From positions 1 to 54,928 of the IMG/VR virus record IMGVR_UViG_3300043409_000503: 54,928 bases of DNA; one strand, 5' to 3'. Made by a program: the position numbers and the translations under genes. The DNA is from a virus. Lineage: Duplodnaviria; Caudoviricetes. Shown here piece by piece: positions 24,795-34,529 of the stretch (its first letter is position 1; each line of letters begins with the position of its first letter). The notes under the pieces were generated by a model, which saw only the letters and a program-made list of their open reading frames with translations, searched no databases and had not been told where the DNA came from.

Positions 24795-25091
24795 ATGAAA
24801 AATATGAAAAAGATGGCTGATGGTGGCTTGACCGATATGGGCCCAGACATGGGCGCTAACGTGGCTACTGGTATTGGTAAAATATCTGAGGGTGCACAAG
24901 CGCTTGGCTCGTCTCTTAACCAGATCAACCAGGCAGTAGGTACATCTGAGCCGGGCTTTCAGGCTATGACCACCTTATCTCCGTCACCCGCGGGCAGCTT
25001 AGGCCGTCAGCTAGGGTACAAGAAGGGCGGCAGCATCAAATCAAAGGCAAGCACGGGCGAGTCTCGCTCAAAGAAATCACCTGGATGGTAA
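24795..25091 (+). CDS. Hypothetical protein with MADGG and YKKGG motifs
   Basis: GAGG RBS. Confidence 0.7.
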   Translation: MKNMKKMADGGLTDMGPDMGANVATGIGKISEGAQALGSSLNQINQAVGTSEPGFQAMTTLSPSPAGSLGRQLGYKKGGSIKSKASTGESRSKKSPGW

Positions 25092-25100
25092 AGGGTTGTC

Positions 25101-26174
25101 ATGGCATATTCAGGGTCAGTTGGCACTACAGTCATTAATATCCAAACGCTGATTGATCATGGCGCACGTCGCTGTGGGAAGTTAGCGGAGGAGTTGACCT
25201 CTGAGCAGTTACTGTCAGCGAGACAGTCATTGTTCTTTGCCCTTTCGCACATAGCAAACTTAGGTATTCAATACTGGGCGATTAACAAGAAGGTTATTGG
25301 CCTCAAGGCTGATCAATACATCTACGAGATGCCCCTTGGCACAATTGATGTACTTAACGTTCTTTATCGTCAGATGGAGCGCCCTGTTGGTAGCTACTCA
25401 AGCTCTGCCGGCGGAATAGTAGCAAATGTAGGCGATAGTGACATTAACACTTACTGTCAGCAGACTTCTGCGAATGGCAATATTCAGGTGAGCTATGGAA
25501 CTAATAATCCTATCTATGCTGGTAGCATTGGGATTCTTCCTTATGTTGCTGGTGGCGGGTCTTCTACTTGGTCCGTTATTTTTGAGTACTCCACTGATGG
25601 ATCTACTTGGAACACTCTTGACGACCTTGGGTCTGTTGTAGTCAGCGACAATCAGTGGATTTGGACTGACGTTGATCCTGGCCAGACGGTTGAATATTAC
25701 CGTGTCCGTGTTTATGGCGGCGCGACGATGGCGCTGCGTGAGTTTTACATAGGTAATAACTCGCGTGAGATCCAGATGTCCCGCTTAAACAGGGACGACT
25801 ACACGAACCTGCCAAATAAAAACTTTACTGCCAATCAACCGTACCAATTTTGGTTCAATCGGACAATCCCGCAGCCAGGCATTTACTTGTGGCCTGTTCC
25901 TAGCGATCCGTTTATCCAGATGACGACGTGGTATTCGCGTCAGATTATGGACGTTGGCGCCTTAACGGATGAGCTGGAAGTGCCGCAGCGCTGGTACGAG
26001 GCGGTTATTTTCATGCTGGCGCATCGGATGTCATTGGAATTGCCGGCTGTATCGGATAACCGCATCACATACCTTGAGAGAATGGCTGAAAAGTACTTCT
26101 TTGAAGCGGAGCAGGAAGAGCGCGATAAGTCGCCTATTTATCTGTCATCGAATATTTCGGTATACACATCTTAA
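25101..26174 (+). CDS. Head-tail adaptor with inserted discoidin-like domain
   Basis: LNRDDYTNLPNK...IYLWPVP...EVPQRWYEA; insert EYSTDGSTW...YYRVRV. Confidence 0.7.
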   Translation: MAYSGSVGTTVINIQTLIDHGARRCGKLAEELTSEQLLSARQSLFFALSHIANLGIQYWAINKKVIGLKADQYIYEMPLGTIDVLNVLYRQMERPVGSYSSSAGGIVANVGDSDINTYCQQTSANGNIQVSYGTNNPIYAGSIGILPYVAGGGSSTWSVIFEYSTDGSTWNTLDDLGSVVVSDNQWIWTDVDPGQTVEYYRVRVYGGATMALREFYIGNNSREIQMSRLNRDDYTNLPNKNFTANQPYQFWFNRTIPQPGIYLWPVPSDPFIQMTTWYSRQIMDVGALTDELEVPQRWYEAVIFMLAHRMSLELPAVSDNRITYLERMAEKYFFEAEQEERDKSPIYLSSNISVYTS

Positions 26175-26515
26175 TGCCGATATTCTTAGACACAACTGGC
26201 CTAACTAATCTTGCAATCGGTGTTTGTGATCGATGCAAGATGAAGCGCACGTTTGTCTCATTGCAGTCGGACCCTAACTTCCCTGGTTTGCGCGTATGCG
26301 ACCAGGGTTGTAAGGATCAGTTCGATCCGTATAGACTACCTGCTAGGAAGACGGAGCGCATTAATTTGAGATTTCCTCGCCCAGATACAAGCGTTGCAGT
26401 GGATCCAAACGCTATCGTAACGGGCGGTTATGGGGACTTTGAGTTATCGACGAACCAAAACACGCAGACCCCAGAAAATAATGGGAATCTTGACATCATT
26501 TCCCCGAGCGAATAA
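26174..26515 (+). CDS. Small Cys-rich neck-region protein
   Basis: CDRC...VCDQGC; TAATG coupling. Confidence 0.75.
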   Translation: MPIFLDTTGLTNLAIGVCDRCKMKRTFVSLQSDPNFPGLRVCDQGCKDQFDPYRLPARKTERINLRFPRPDTSVAVDPNAIVTGGYGDFELSTNQNTQTPENNGNLDIISPSE

Positions 26516-28416
26516 TGGCACAAGTTACGATTACCCAACTGCCGGCAGCGCAGCCGCTAACAGGCACTGAATCGGTTCCAATCAGTCAGAATGGCCAGAC
26601 GGTCCAGACGACAACGGGTGCGATTGCGAACTCGCCGACCCAGCAGCAGAGCTTTCTTACCGTAACGAACGAAGCTACGCTGCCTAACTCAAGACAATTA
26701 CAGGGCTCTACCGGTGTAGGGTTAACTGACACGGGCGCCCTTGGTACTTTGGCCGTTACATTGAACGGCGTATCAGGAAGCCTGGAGACGTGCACTGACG
26801 GGTTAATCTCAAAATCTAGCGGAACGGTAGTTGGCCGCACAATTACCGGCGGCAGCGGTGTTTCGGTTGCCAATGGCAATGGCGCAAGCGCTAACCCCGT
26901 AATCAGCTTAAATGGCACCATAGGGACGATTAACGGCCTCTCTGGTACTGGGATCATGGGATTGGTCAGCGGCTCGGCTGTGACCACCATGCAGATCATA
27001 GGGACGGCTAACCAGATATCGATTGTTAACGGATCTGGACCAGGCAATCCTACGGTAGCGATTGTTAGCAACCCAATTATTCCTGGCACTGGATCAATAA
27101 CGGTGCCTGTCGGAACCACAGCCGAGCGCCCTGGTGGTGTTAACGGCATGGTTCGCTACAACACGGATACTGCGTTGTTTGAGGGGTACATTAACGGCAC
27201 TTGGACAGCTTTTGCGTCAGGCTCTGGTGTTACCTCAATTGCGACCGGCACCGGGTTAACTGGTGGTCCGATAACCTCCACGGGCACGATCTCTCTTGCT
27301 AATACGGCGGTAACGCCTGGATCTTACACAAATGCGAATTTAACGGTTGACCAGCAGGGTCGGATTACTTTGGCCTCAAGTGGTGCCGCGGGTGGTGTAA
27401 CGACATTCAGCGCAGGCACCACGGGGTTCACGCCAAGCACTGCAACATCAGGTGCAATCACTTTAGCCGGCACTTTGGCAATTGCCAACGGTGGATCAGG
27501 CCAAACAACGGCTCAAACGGCAATGAACGCCTTTGCCGGGGCAGTTACAAGTGGATCGTACCTGCGAGGTAATGGCACGAATGTGGTGATGAACACCATC
27601 CAAGTTGCCGATGTTCCTACGCTTAACCAAAACACAACTGGCACTGCGGCTAATGTCACGGGCACTGTGGCGATTGCAAACGGCGGTACAGGCCAGACTA
27701 CAGCAGGCGCGGCGTTTAATGCTTTGTCGCCCATTACCACAGCCGGTGACTTGATCCTTGGTGACGGGGCAAATAGCGCTACTCGTTTGGGTATTGGTGC
27801 TAATGGTTACCTGCTGACATCTAACGGAACGACCGCGTCATGGGCTGCGGCTCCTGCTGGCGGTGTAACTACGTTTGCAGGCGGCACTACTGGGTTAACT
27901 CCGGCGTCTGCTACCTCTGGGGCAATATCTTTAGCTGGTACATTGGCTACTACCAATGGCGGCACTGGGTTGACTTCGTTTACAGCAAACGGCATTACTT
28001 ACGCTTCATCAACAAGCGCCTTGGCTACTGGCTCGGCGTTGACATTTGATGGTACAAACCTGTCAACAACTGGGCAGGTCATTTCCACTAAAACTGGAAG
28101 CCCAACAGATAACGCTGGTCAGGTTTACTTGAACGGCGCAACTAGCAATCGTGTTGAATGGAGCACAGCAGGTACAGGTGCGCCAGCGTTTACTACAAGA
28201 AGCGCCGGTACTAAATTGTTGATGTACCCCGCAATTTCTGGCAGCCAGGTTGACTATGCTATGGGTATTAATGCTGCAACAATGTGGTCTAGCGTCCCAG
28301 TTGCCTCATCTTCCTTTTATTTTAAATGGTTTGGTGGGGAAACAGAGGTTGCAAGTTTAGATGGAACAGGCGCATTTACCGCAGTTGGCGGCATTTCAGG
28401 CGGCACATTTAGTTAA
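26515..28416 (+). CDS. Tail fibre protein
   Basis: Gly/Thr-rich; GTLAIANGG-type repeats; duplicated GGVTTF...TSGAI.LAGTLA segment. Confidence 0.85.
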   Translation: MAQVTITQLPAAQPLTGTESVPISQNGQTVQTTTGAIANSPTQQQSFLTVTNEATLPNSRQLQGSTGVGLTDTGALGTLAVTLNGVSGSLETCTDGLISKSSGTVVGRTITGGSGVSVANGNGASANPVISLNGTIGTINGLSGTGIMGLVSGSAVTTMQIIGTANQISIVNGSGPGNPTVAIVSNPIIPGTGSITVPVGTTAERPGGVNGMVRYNTDTALFEGYINGTWTAFASGSGVTSIATGTGLTGGPITSTGTISLANTAVTPGSYTNANLTVDQQGRITLASSGAAGGVTTFSAGTTGFTPSTATSGAITLAGTLAIANGGSGQTTAQTAMNAFAGAVTSGSYLRGNGTNVVMNTIQVADVPTLNQNTTGTAANVTGTVAIANGGTGQTTAGAAFNALSPITTAGDLILGDGANSATRLGIGANGYLLTSNGTTASWAAAPAGGVTTFAGGTTGLTPASATSGAISLAGTLATTNGGTGLTSFTANGITYASSTSALATGSALTFDGTNLSTTGQVISTKTGSPTDNAGQVYLNGATSNRVEWSTAGTGAPAFTTRSAGTKLLMYPAISGSQVDYAMGINAATMWSSVPVASSSFYFKWFGGETEVASLDGTGAFTAVGGISGGTFS

Positions 28417-28427
28417 GGAAAATAGAT

Positions 28428-28922
28428 ATGGCACAAACAAACTACACGCCTATATCGTTGTATTACAGTACAACGGCGGCGGCTGTTCCTTCAAATACAA
28501 ACCTTGTCCCTGGTGAGCTTGCTCTCAATATTCAGGACATGAAGCTGTACTGCGAGAACGCAGCGGGGACAGTTACCTTACTAGCCTCTAATGCGAGTAG
28601 TACGGGCACCGTATCAACGGTTGGCTGGACTGGCGGCATTGTCTCAGTAGCTAACCCAACGACTACGCCTGCGCTAACAATTGCAGGCACCTCTGGCGGG
28701 GTCCCATATTTTAGTAGCGGGACAACCTGGGCATCTTCTGCTGCCTTGTCGCAGTACGGGGTTGTGTACGGCGGTGGTGCTGGTGCTGCGCCTGTTGCTA
28801 CAGCGGCAGGTACAACAGGGCAAGTCTTAACGGCCACAACGGGTGGAGCACCTACCTGGGCTACTCCCTCTGGCGCATCAAAAGGTCAAGCAATTGCCTT
28901 TTCAATTATTTTTGGCTTGTAA
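28428..28922 (+). CDS. Short tail fibre protein with Mtd-N/hyaluronidase-N-like N-terminus
   Basis: LVPGELALNIQDMKLY; GTTGQVLT...PTW. Confidence 0.7.
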   Translation: MAQTNYTPISLYYSTTAAAVPSNTNLVPGELALNIQDMKLYCENAAGTVTLLASNASSTGTVSTVGWTGGIVSVANPTTTPALTIAGTSGGVPYFSSGTTWASSAALSQYGVVYGGGAGAAPVATAAGTTGQVLTATTGGAPTWATPSGASKGQAIAFSIIFGL

Positions 28923-28931
28923 GGATAAATC

Positions 28932-29330
28932 ATGGCAAACCCGAACATTGTAAATGTAACAAGCATTCTTGGTACAACTACTTACCTCACGCCTTCCGCT
29001 ACTACTGCTGTTGTCTTGCTGCCTAACGCTGCGGCTTCTGGTCTGGTCTATAAGATCAACCAGATCGTATGCGCTAACGTGAACGGGGCAAGCGCGGTAA
29101 ATGCGACTGTGGCTATTTACACTAACGGCGCTGTGGCTCAAGGCTCGGCACCTAGCGGTGGCACTGCTTACCCGGTGATCTCTACGATCTCAGTGCCTGC
29201 TAGTGCATCTGTGATTGCGGTGGATAAGACGACTGCTATCTATTTGATGGAGGGATCCTCTATTACAGTAACAAGTGGCACGGCAAGCGGGATTACGTAC
29301 ACCATTAGCTACGAATCCATCGCAAGTTAA
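28932..29330 (+). CDS. Tail-associated structural protein
   Basis: MANPNIVNVTSILG...YLMEG...ISYESI; TAAGGA RBS. Confidence 0.75.
   Translation: MANPNIVNVTSILGTTTYLTPSATTAVVLLPNAAASGLVYKINQIVCANVNGASAVNATVAIYTNGAVAQGSAPSGGTAYPVISTISVPASASVIAVDKTTAIYLMEGSSITVTSGTASGITYTISYESIAS
29318..29330 (+). repeat. 13-bp direct repeat CATCGCAAGTTAA, left copy
   Basis: Exact second copy at 35701-35713. Confidence 0.85.
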
Positions 29331-29341
29331 GGGGTAGCCCC

Positions 29342-30481
29342 ATGAGCATTAGACAGTACAACTTAGGCAGCATTGTCAAGCCGGGGTTTAATCCGCTCGG
29401 GGTGCAGACGAGTGTAACTACTTACCAGCCATATTTATATAGTTGGGGCGTAAATACTTACGGGCAATTAGGTTTAAGTAATACAACAACTTATTCTTCG
29501 CCTAAGCAAGTAGGTTCTTTAACGGATTGGTTAAGTATTTCTTCTGGATCATATAATGTTGCCGCAATAAAATCTGACGGAACTTTGTGGTCTTGGGGGC
29601 GCAACAATCAGGGGCAATTAGGTTTAGAGGATACGGTTAGTAGATCATCTCCAGTACAAGTTGGTTCTTTAACTGGTTGGAGTAGCGTTGCAGGTGAAGT
29701 TACAAGCATTCTTGCCATTAAAACAAATGGCACTTTATGGGCGTGGGGTAATAGCGGAGATGGGCAATTAGGTCTTGGAAATACAGCTTCTTATTCATCA
29801 CCTAAACAAGTTGGCGCTCTTACTAATTGGAAACAAGTTTCTATAGGTACATCAACTCTAGCAATTAAAACAGATGGAACTTTGTGGTCTTGGGGTGGTA
29901 ATGGTCAAGGGCAGTTAGGACTTAATAGTGTAAATTTTTATTCTTCCCCTAAACAAGTTGGGTCACTGACTAATTGGGCTTATGTAAATATTAAAAATGA
30001 AAGTTCTCTCGCTATTAAGACTGATGGCACTTTATGGGCATGGGGATATAACATACAAGGAGTACTAGGGCTTGGTGACACTGTTAATCGTTCATCACCA
30101 GTTCAAATTGGCGCTCTTACTAATTGGTCAAAAGTTTATGGAATAAGAATTTTTTCATCTATTGCTGTTAAAACAGACGGCACATTGTGGACTTGGGGGT
30201 TTAATAATCAAGGGCAATTAGGGTTAGGGAATACGACTGCTTATTCCTCTCCCAAACAAGTTGGTTCTCTAACTAACTGGTTACTGCCTGCTGGTGGCGG
30301 CAGAACTGGGTTTTGCATTAAAACAAATGGCACTTTATGGGCGTGGGGACAAAATAATCTTGGTCAATTGGGATTGAACAGCAGCACTTATTATTTTTCC
30401 TCCCCTAACCAAGTTGGGTCATTAACAACATGGCTACAAGTTTCTGCTGGCTATCAATTTACTAGCGCCCTTCTTTATTAA
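29342..30481 (+). CDS. RCC1/BLIP-II repeat beta-propeller protein A (7 repeats)
   Basis: Seven ~50-aa repeats, consensus AIKTDGTLWxWGxNxxGQLGLG...SSPKQVG. Confidence 0.93.
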   Translation: MSIRQYNLGSIVKPGFNPLGVQTSVTTYQPYLYSWGVNTYGQLGLSNTTTYSSPKQVGSLTDWLSISSGSYNVAAIKSDGTLWSWGRNNQGQLGLEDTVSRSSPVQVGSLTGWSSVAGEVTSILAIKTNGTLWAWGNSGDGQLGLGNTASYSSPKQVGALTNWKQVSIGTSTLAIKTDGTLWSWGGNGQGQLGLNSVNFYSSPKQVGSLTNWAYVNIKNESSLAIKTDGTLWAWGYNIQGVLGLGDTVNRSSPVQIGALTNWSKVYGIRIFSSIAVKTDGTLWTWGFNNQGQLGLGNTTAYSSPKQVGSLTNWLLPAGGGRTGFCIKTNGTLWAWGQNNLGQLGLNSSTYYFSSPNQVGSLTTWLQVSAGYQFTSALLY

Positions 30482-30490
30482 AATAAAACT

Positions 30491-31642
30491 ATGCCATCAA
30501 CTACATTAGTATCAGGCGTCCAATACTCCGGCGTATGGACAATGCAACAGGTGAATGCCGCTGTAGCTGCGGGGACTTGGACGGGGTTCCCTCAGTTGTA
30601 TACTTGGGGAGGTAACGGCCAAGGTCAATTAGCTCTTGGAAATACTACAAATTATTCTTCACCTAAGCAAGTAGGCTCTTTGACTAATTGGGCTAAAGTA
30701 GGTGCGGCAAGGGGCGCAGCTTTTTCAATCAAAACTGATGGCACATTGTGGGCTTGGGGACAAAATGCTTTTGGGGTTTTAGGAATTGGCAATTCAACAT
30801 ATTATTCTTCGCCTAAACAAGTTGGGGCTTTAACCACTTGGTCAAATATAGGGAATGGAAGTTATCACACAATAGTAACAACAATAAGTGGGGAACTATG
30901 GGTTTGGGGCCGGAACAATGCTGGTCAACTAGGACTAGGCAACACAACAAATTATTCTTCACCTAAACAAGTAGGATCTTTAACTACTTGGTTAAATTCG
31001 TCTGGAGGGGCTGCGCATACTGTTGCTATTAAAACAGACGGCACTTTATGGTCTTGGGGACAAAATGCGTATGGACAATTAGGTTTAGGAAATATAACTT
31101 ATTATTCTTCCCCAAAGCAAGTTGGCTCTTTAACTACTTGGTTAAAAACTGCATGTGGTTTTTATTATACCGTTGCCCTTAAAACTGATGGGACATTGTG
31201 GGCTTGGGGGAATAATTCATATGGTCAACTTGGGCTAACAAATCTTACAGATTATTCTTCGCCTAAACAAGTTGGGTTATTAACAACGTGGGCTAATATA
31301 TCAATTAAAAGTTATACTACTATTGCAACCACAACAAGTGGCGCTCTTTATGCTTGGGGTAGAAATAACGCCGGTCAATTGGGTTTAGGCAATATAACTT
31401 ATTATTCTTCGCCTAAACAAGTAGGGGCTTTAACAAACTGGGCAAGCATTGCCGCCGCCAATTCAAATACTGTTTCTATTAAAACTGACGGCACTTTATG
31501 GGCTTGGGGACTTAACAATAATGGGCAATTAGGATTAAACAACACAACTGATTATTCTTCCCCGAAACAAGTTGGTTCTTTATCATCTTGGTCAAAAATA
31601 GCATGTGGTGATACTTCTAATAATACAATTAAAATATCATGA
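30491..31642 (+). CDS. RCC1/BLIP-II repeat beta-propeller protein B (7 repeats)
   Basis: Seven repeats; N-terminal SGVQYSGVW...GTWTGFPQ leader. Confidence 0.93.
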   Translation: MPSTTLVSGVQYSGVWTMQQVNAAVAAGTWTGFPQLYTWGGNGQGQLALGNTTNYSSPKQVGSLTNWAKVGAARGAAFSIKTDGTLWAWGQNAFGVLGIGNSTYYSSPKQVGALTTWSNIGNGSYHTIVTTISGELWVWGRNNAGQLGLGNTTNYSSPKQVGSLTTWLNSSGGAAHTVAIKTDGTLWSWGQNAYGQLGLGNITYYSSPKQVGSLTTWLKTACGFYYTVALKTDGTLWAWGNNSYGQLGLTNLTDYSSPKQVGLLTTWANISIKSYTTIATTTSGALYAWGRNNAGQLGLGNITYYSSPKQVGALTNWASIAAANSNTVSIKTDGTLWAWGLNNNGQLGLNNTTDYSSPKQVGSLSSWSKIACGDTSNNTIKIS

Positions 31643-33408
31643 AAAAAACACTCCATTTCCTCTCCGGCATTCCACGCTCAGGCTCAACCGTCTTGGCGGC
31701 TATTCTTAACCAGAACCCAATGACCCACGTATCTACTACGTCTGGTCTGGTTCATGCGTTGGATGGTCTGGCTAATACGTGGCATTCTGCCGGTCTGTTG
31801 AACGAGAATGACCCTGAGCGCAAGCTGTTAGCGCAGACTATGCGTGGTGCCATTGACGCCTTCTACGAGGACACAGAGGCCCCTGTCATCATTGATAAGT
31901 CCCGTGGCTGGCCTATCGCTCAGATCATGGCGGCTATGGGTCAGGTACTGAACCGCACCCCTAAGATTATTGCTACGGTCAGATCTGTCCCTGACTGCGC
32001 TGCTTCATTTATTCGTATCGCAAAGCCGGACGATCTTGACGAGTTTATGGCGACAGGCCAGCTAATGGATCATCTACGGGCTGCGTATATCTCTCTCCAG
32101 AACGGCTACGAGTTTGCGCCTGAGAATTTCCTGTTCGTTGAGTACGAAGACCTGCTGTCTGATCCAAAGGGTCAGCTAGAGCGCATCCATGCCTTCCTAG
32201 AGCTTCCTGCGTTTACCTACGACTTCAATAACATCGACGGCTCTACGGTTGCCGAGGATGACGAGAACCTGCACGGCACGAAGGGTATGCACGACGTTAA
32301 ACCTGTACTGGCTGCGCAGCATAAGCAAGACCCGAAAGACCTGCTGAAGCATCACTATTCGCAGTTCTGCCAGCCTGAGTTCTGGCTAGATAAGCCACGC
32401 ACAGCGCCTGAGTTGCACGACCTTGATCTACAGCTTGCCGCGTCAACGATTGGTGACTTCTCTGAGGGTTGGAGAATCTCGCAAAAGTTGGAAGCGGAAG
32501 AGCCGGGTAACCACCGTGCTGCCTACAATCGTGGCTGGTACTACTTGCGTCAGGGTCAGATCCAAAAGGGTTATAGCCTGATGGACAGGGGCCGTATCGT
32601 AGGCGTGTTCGGTAACAAGCGCCCTGACGTACCTACCCAGCAGTGGGATGGTAAGACTAAGGGTACGGTTCTGCTAAACCTTGAGGGTGGATTGGGCGAC
32701 CAGATACATCAAGTTCGTTACGCTAAGTACATCGCGGAGCGTGGTTGCAAGGTTATTGTGGCCTGCTCTGGTCAGCTTGCGTCCTTGTTTACTGGCGTAG
32801 AGGGCGTCTCTAGCGTCGTGCAGCATGAGGCTGTGTTCGGGGTCTATCACGACTTCTGGGTAGCTGGTATGTCTGCTCTGGTGCCGCTAGGGTTTGAGTT
32901 GAGTGATATTTCTGGTGCGCCTTACCTTGCCAAGCCGGTAGTGATCAAAGGCCGCAAGAAGCGCATTGGCTTGCGGTGGCAGGGTCAGTCTAAGTTTGAG
33001 CATGAGCATCACAAGAAATTCCCGTATGAGTTGATGTTTAGCGCGGTGAAGGATGCGGATGTAGAGTTTATTAGCCTGCAACGGGACGAGGGTGCTGATG
33101 CCTGTCCTGCGTGGGTGCGTCAGGTTCCATTGAATAGCTGGGAAGATACACGGGCTGCTGTGGCAAGCTGTGACCTTGTGATTAGCTCATGTACGAGTGT
33201 GAGTCACTTGGCTGCTGCGATGGGTGTAGAGACATGGGTAGTTATTCCGGTTATGGGATACTTCTTGTATGCGATGGACGGCGACAAGTGTGCGTACTAC
33301 GACAGCATGACGTTAGTTCGGCAAGAAGTGTTTGGTGACTGGCAGGCTCCCTTCGACCATATCAAAGATCGTTTAGGCACTAAGCCTGCTCTAAGGAGCG
33401 TTGCATGA
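31639..33408 (+). CDS. Sulfotransferase + TPR + GT9-like glycosyltransferase fusion
   Basis: PAPS loop GIPRSGST, IIDKS, YEDLLSDP; TPR-like helices; EGGLGDQI, FISLQ, CDLVISSCTSVSHLAAAMG. Confidence 0.85.
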   Translation: MKKTLHFLSGIPRSGSTVLAAILNQNPMTHVSTTSGLVHALDGLANTWHSAGLLNENDPERKLLAQTMRGAIDAFYEDTEAPVIIDKSRGWPIAQIMAAMGQVLNRTPKIIATVRSVPDCAASFIRIAKPDDLDEFMATGQLMDHLRAAYISLQNGYEFAPENFLFVEYEDLLSDPKGQLERIHAFLELPAFTYDFNNIDGSTVAEDDENLHGTKGMHDVKPVLAAQHKQDPKDLLKHHYSQFCQPEFWLDKPRTAPELHDLDLQLAASTIGDFSEGWRISQKLEAEEPGNHRAAYNRGWYYLRQGQIQKGYSLMDRGRIVGVFGNKRPDVPTQQWDGKTKGTVLLNLEGGLGDQIHQVRYAKYIAERGCKVIVACSGQLASLFTGVEGVSSVVQHEAVFGVYHDFWVAGMSALVPLGFELSDISGAPYLAKPVVIKGRKKRIGLRWQGQSKFEHEHHKKFPYELMFSAVKDADVEFISLQRDEGADACPAWVRQVPLNSWEDTRAAVASCDLVISSCTSVSHLAAAMGVETWVVIPVMGYFLYAMDGDKCAYYDSMTLVRQEVFGDWQAPFDHIKDRLGTKPALRSVA

Positions 33409-34526
33409 GCTTTAGATACGTATCAGGGATAAATAAGCCGGGGTTTAATCCTCTTGCGGCTCAGACGAGTACGCTTTTATATAACTTATATAGTTGGGGC
33501 GATAATACGCAAGGTCAGTTAGGCTTAGGAAATACAACTGCTTATTCCTCCCCTAAACAAGTAGGATTGTTAACTGCTTGGTCAAAAATATCATCTGGAA
33601 ATAATTACTCTATTTCAATTAAAACAGATGGATCTTTATGGTCTTGGGGAAGAAACGACCAAGGACAATTAGGTTTAGGAAACACAACATATTATTCCTT
33701 ACCAAAACAAGTTGGATCTTTATTAACATGGGCTAATATCCAAACCGGCACTTTCCATACCATAGCTACCAAAACTGATGGAACATTGTGGACTTGGGGA
33801 AATGGCGCTAATGGTAAGTTGGGTTTAGGTAATCTCACTTCTTATTCCTCTCCTAAGCAAGTTGGCGCACTAACTAATTGGTCTAAGGGGTTTGGTGGCA
33901 GAAATTTTACTGTTGCAATTAAAACAGATGGAACATTATGGTCTTGGGGGCAAAATGCTTTTGGAAATCTTGGTTTAGGAAACACAACATATTATTCTTC
34001 TCCAAAGCAAATTGGAGCATTAACTAATTGGCTTAATGTTGCTTGTGGATATGGTCATGTTGCTGCCACTAAAACTGATGGCACTCTTTGGACTTGGGGG
34101 TTTAATCCAAGGGGTCAGTTGGGTCTTGGAAATACAACTTATTACTCGTCTCCAAAACAGGTTGGCGCATTAACTACTTGGTTACGTGTTGCCGCTGGTT
34201 ATCCTTACACCATGGCTACCAAAACTGGCGGTACGTTATGGAGTTGGGGTCGCAATCAATTTGGTCAATTAGGCCTTAGTAATACAACTAGTTATTACTC
34301 TCCAAAACAGGTTGGTGCATTGACCACTTGGCTTGATGTATCTGTTAAAACTAATAGTACTATAGCGACTAAAACAGACGGGACTTTGTGGTCATGGGGT
34401 AGGAATGAGACGGGGCAATTAGGTTTAAATAATTTAACTTACTATTCCTCACCAAAACAAATTGGCTCGTCAACTACATGGTTAAGTATAGCAATTGGTG
34501 ACTTTACTACTTTAGCCATAGGATAA
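33405..34526 (+). CDS. RCC1/BLIP-II repeat beta-propeller protein A' (7 repeats)
   Basis: Seven repeats; KPGFNPL leader as in protein A. Confidence 0.93.
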   Translation: MSFRYVSGINKPGFNPLAAQTSTLLYNLYSWGDNTQGQLGLGNTTAYSSPKQVGLLTAWSKISSGNNYSISIKTDGSLWSWGRNDQGQLGLGNTTYYSLPKQVGSLLTWANIQTGTFHTIATKTDGTLWTWGNGANGKLGLGNLTSYSSPKQVGALTNWSKGFGGRNFTVAIKTDGTLWSWGQNAFGNLGLGNTTYYSSPKQIGALTNWLNVACGYGHVAATKTDGTLWTWGFNPRGQLGLGNTTYYSSPKQVGALTTWLRVAAGYPYTMATKTGGTLWSWGRNQFGQLGLSNTTSYYSPKQVGALTTWLDVSVKTNSTIATKTDGTLWSWGRNETGQLGLNNLTYYSSPKQIGSSTTWLSIAIGDFTTLAIG

Positions 34527-34529
34527 AAC

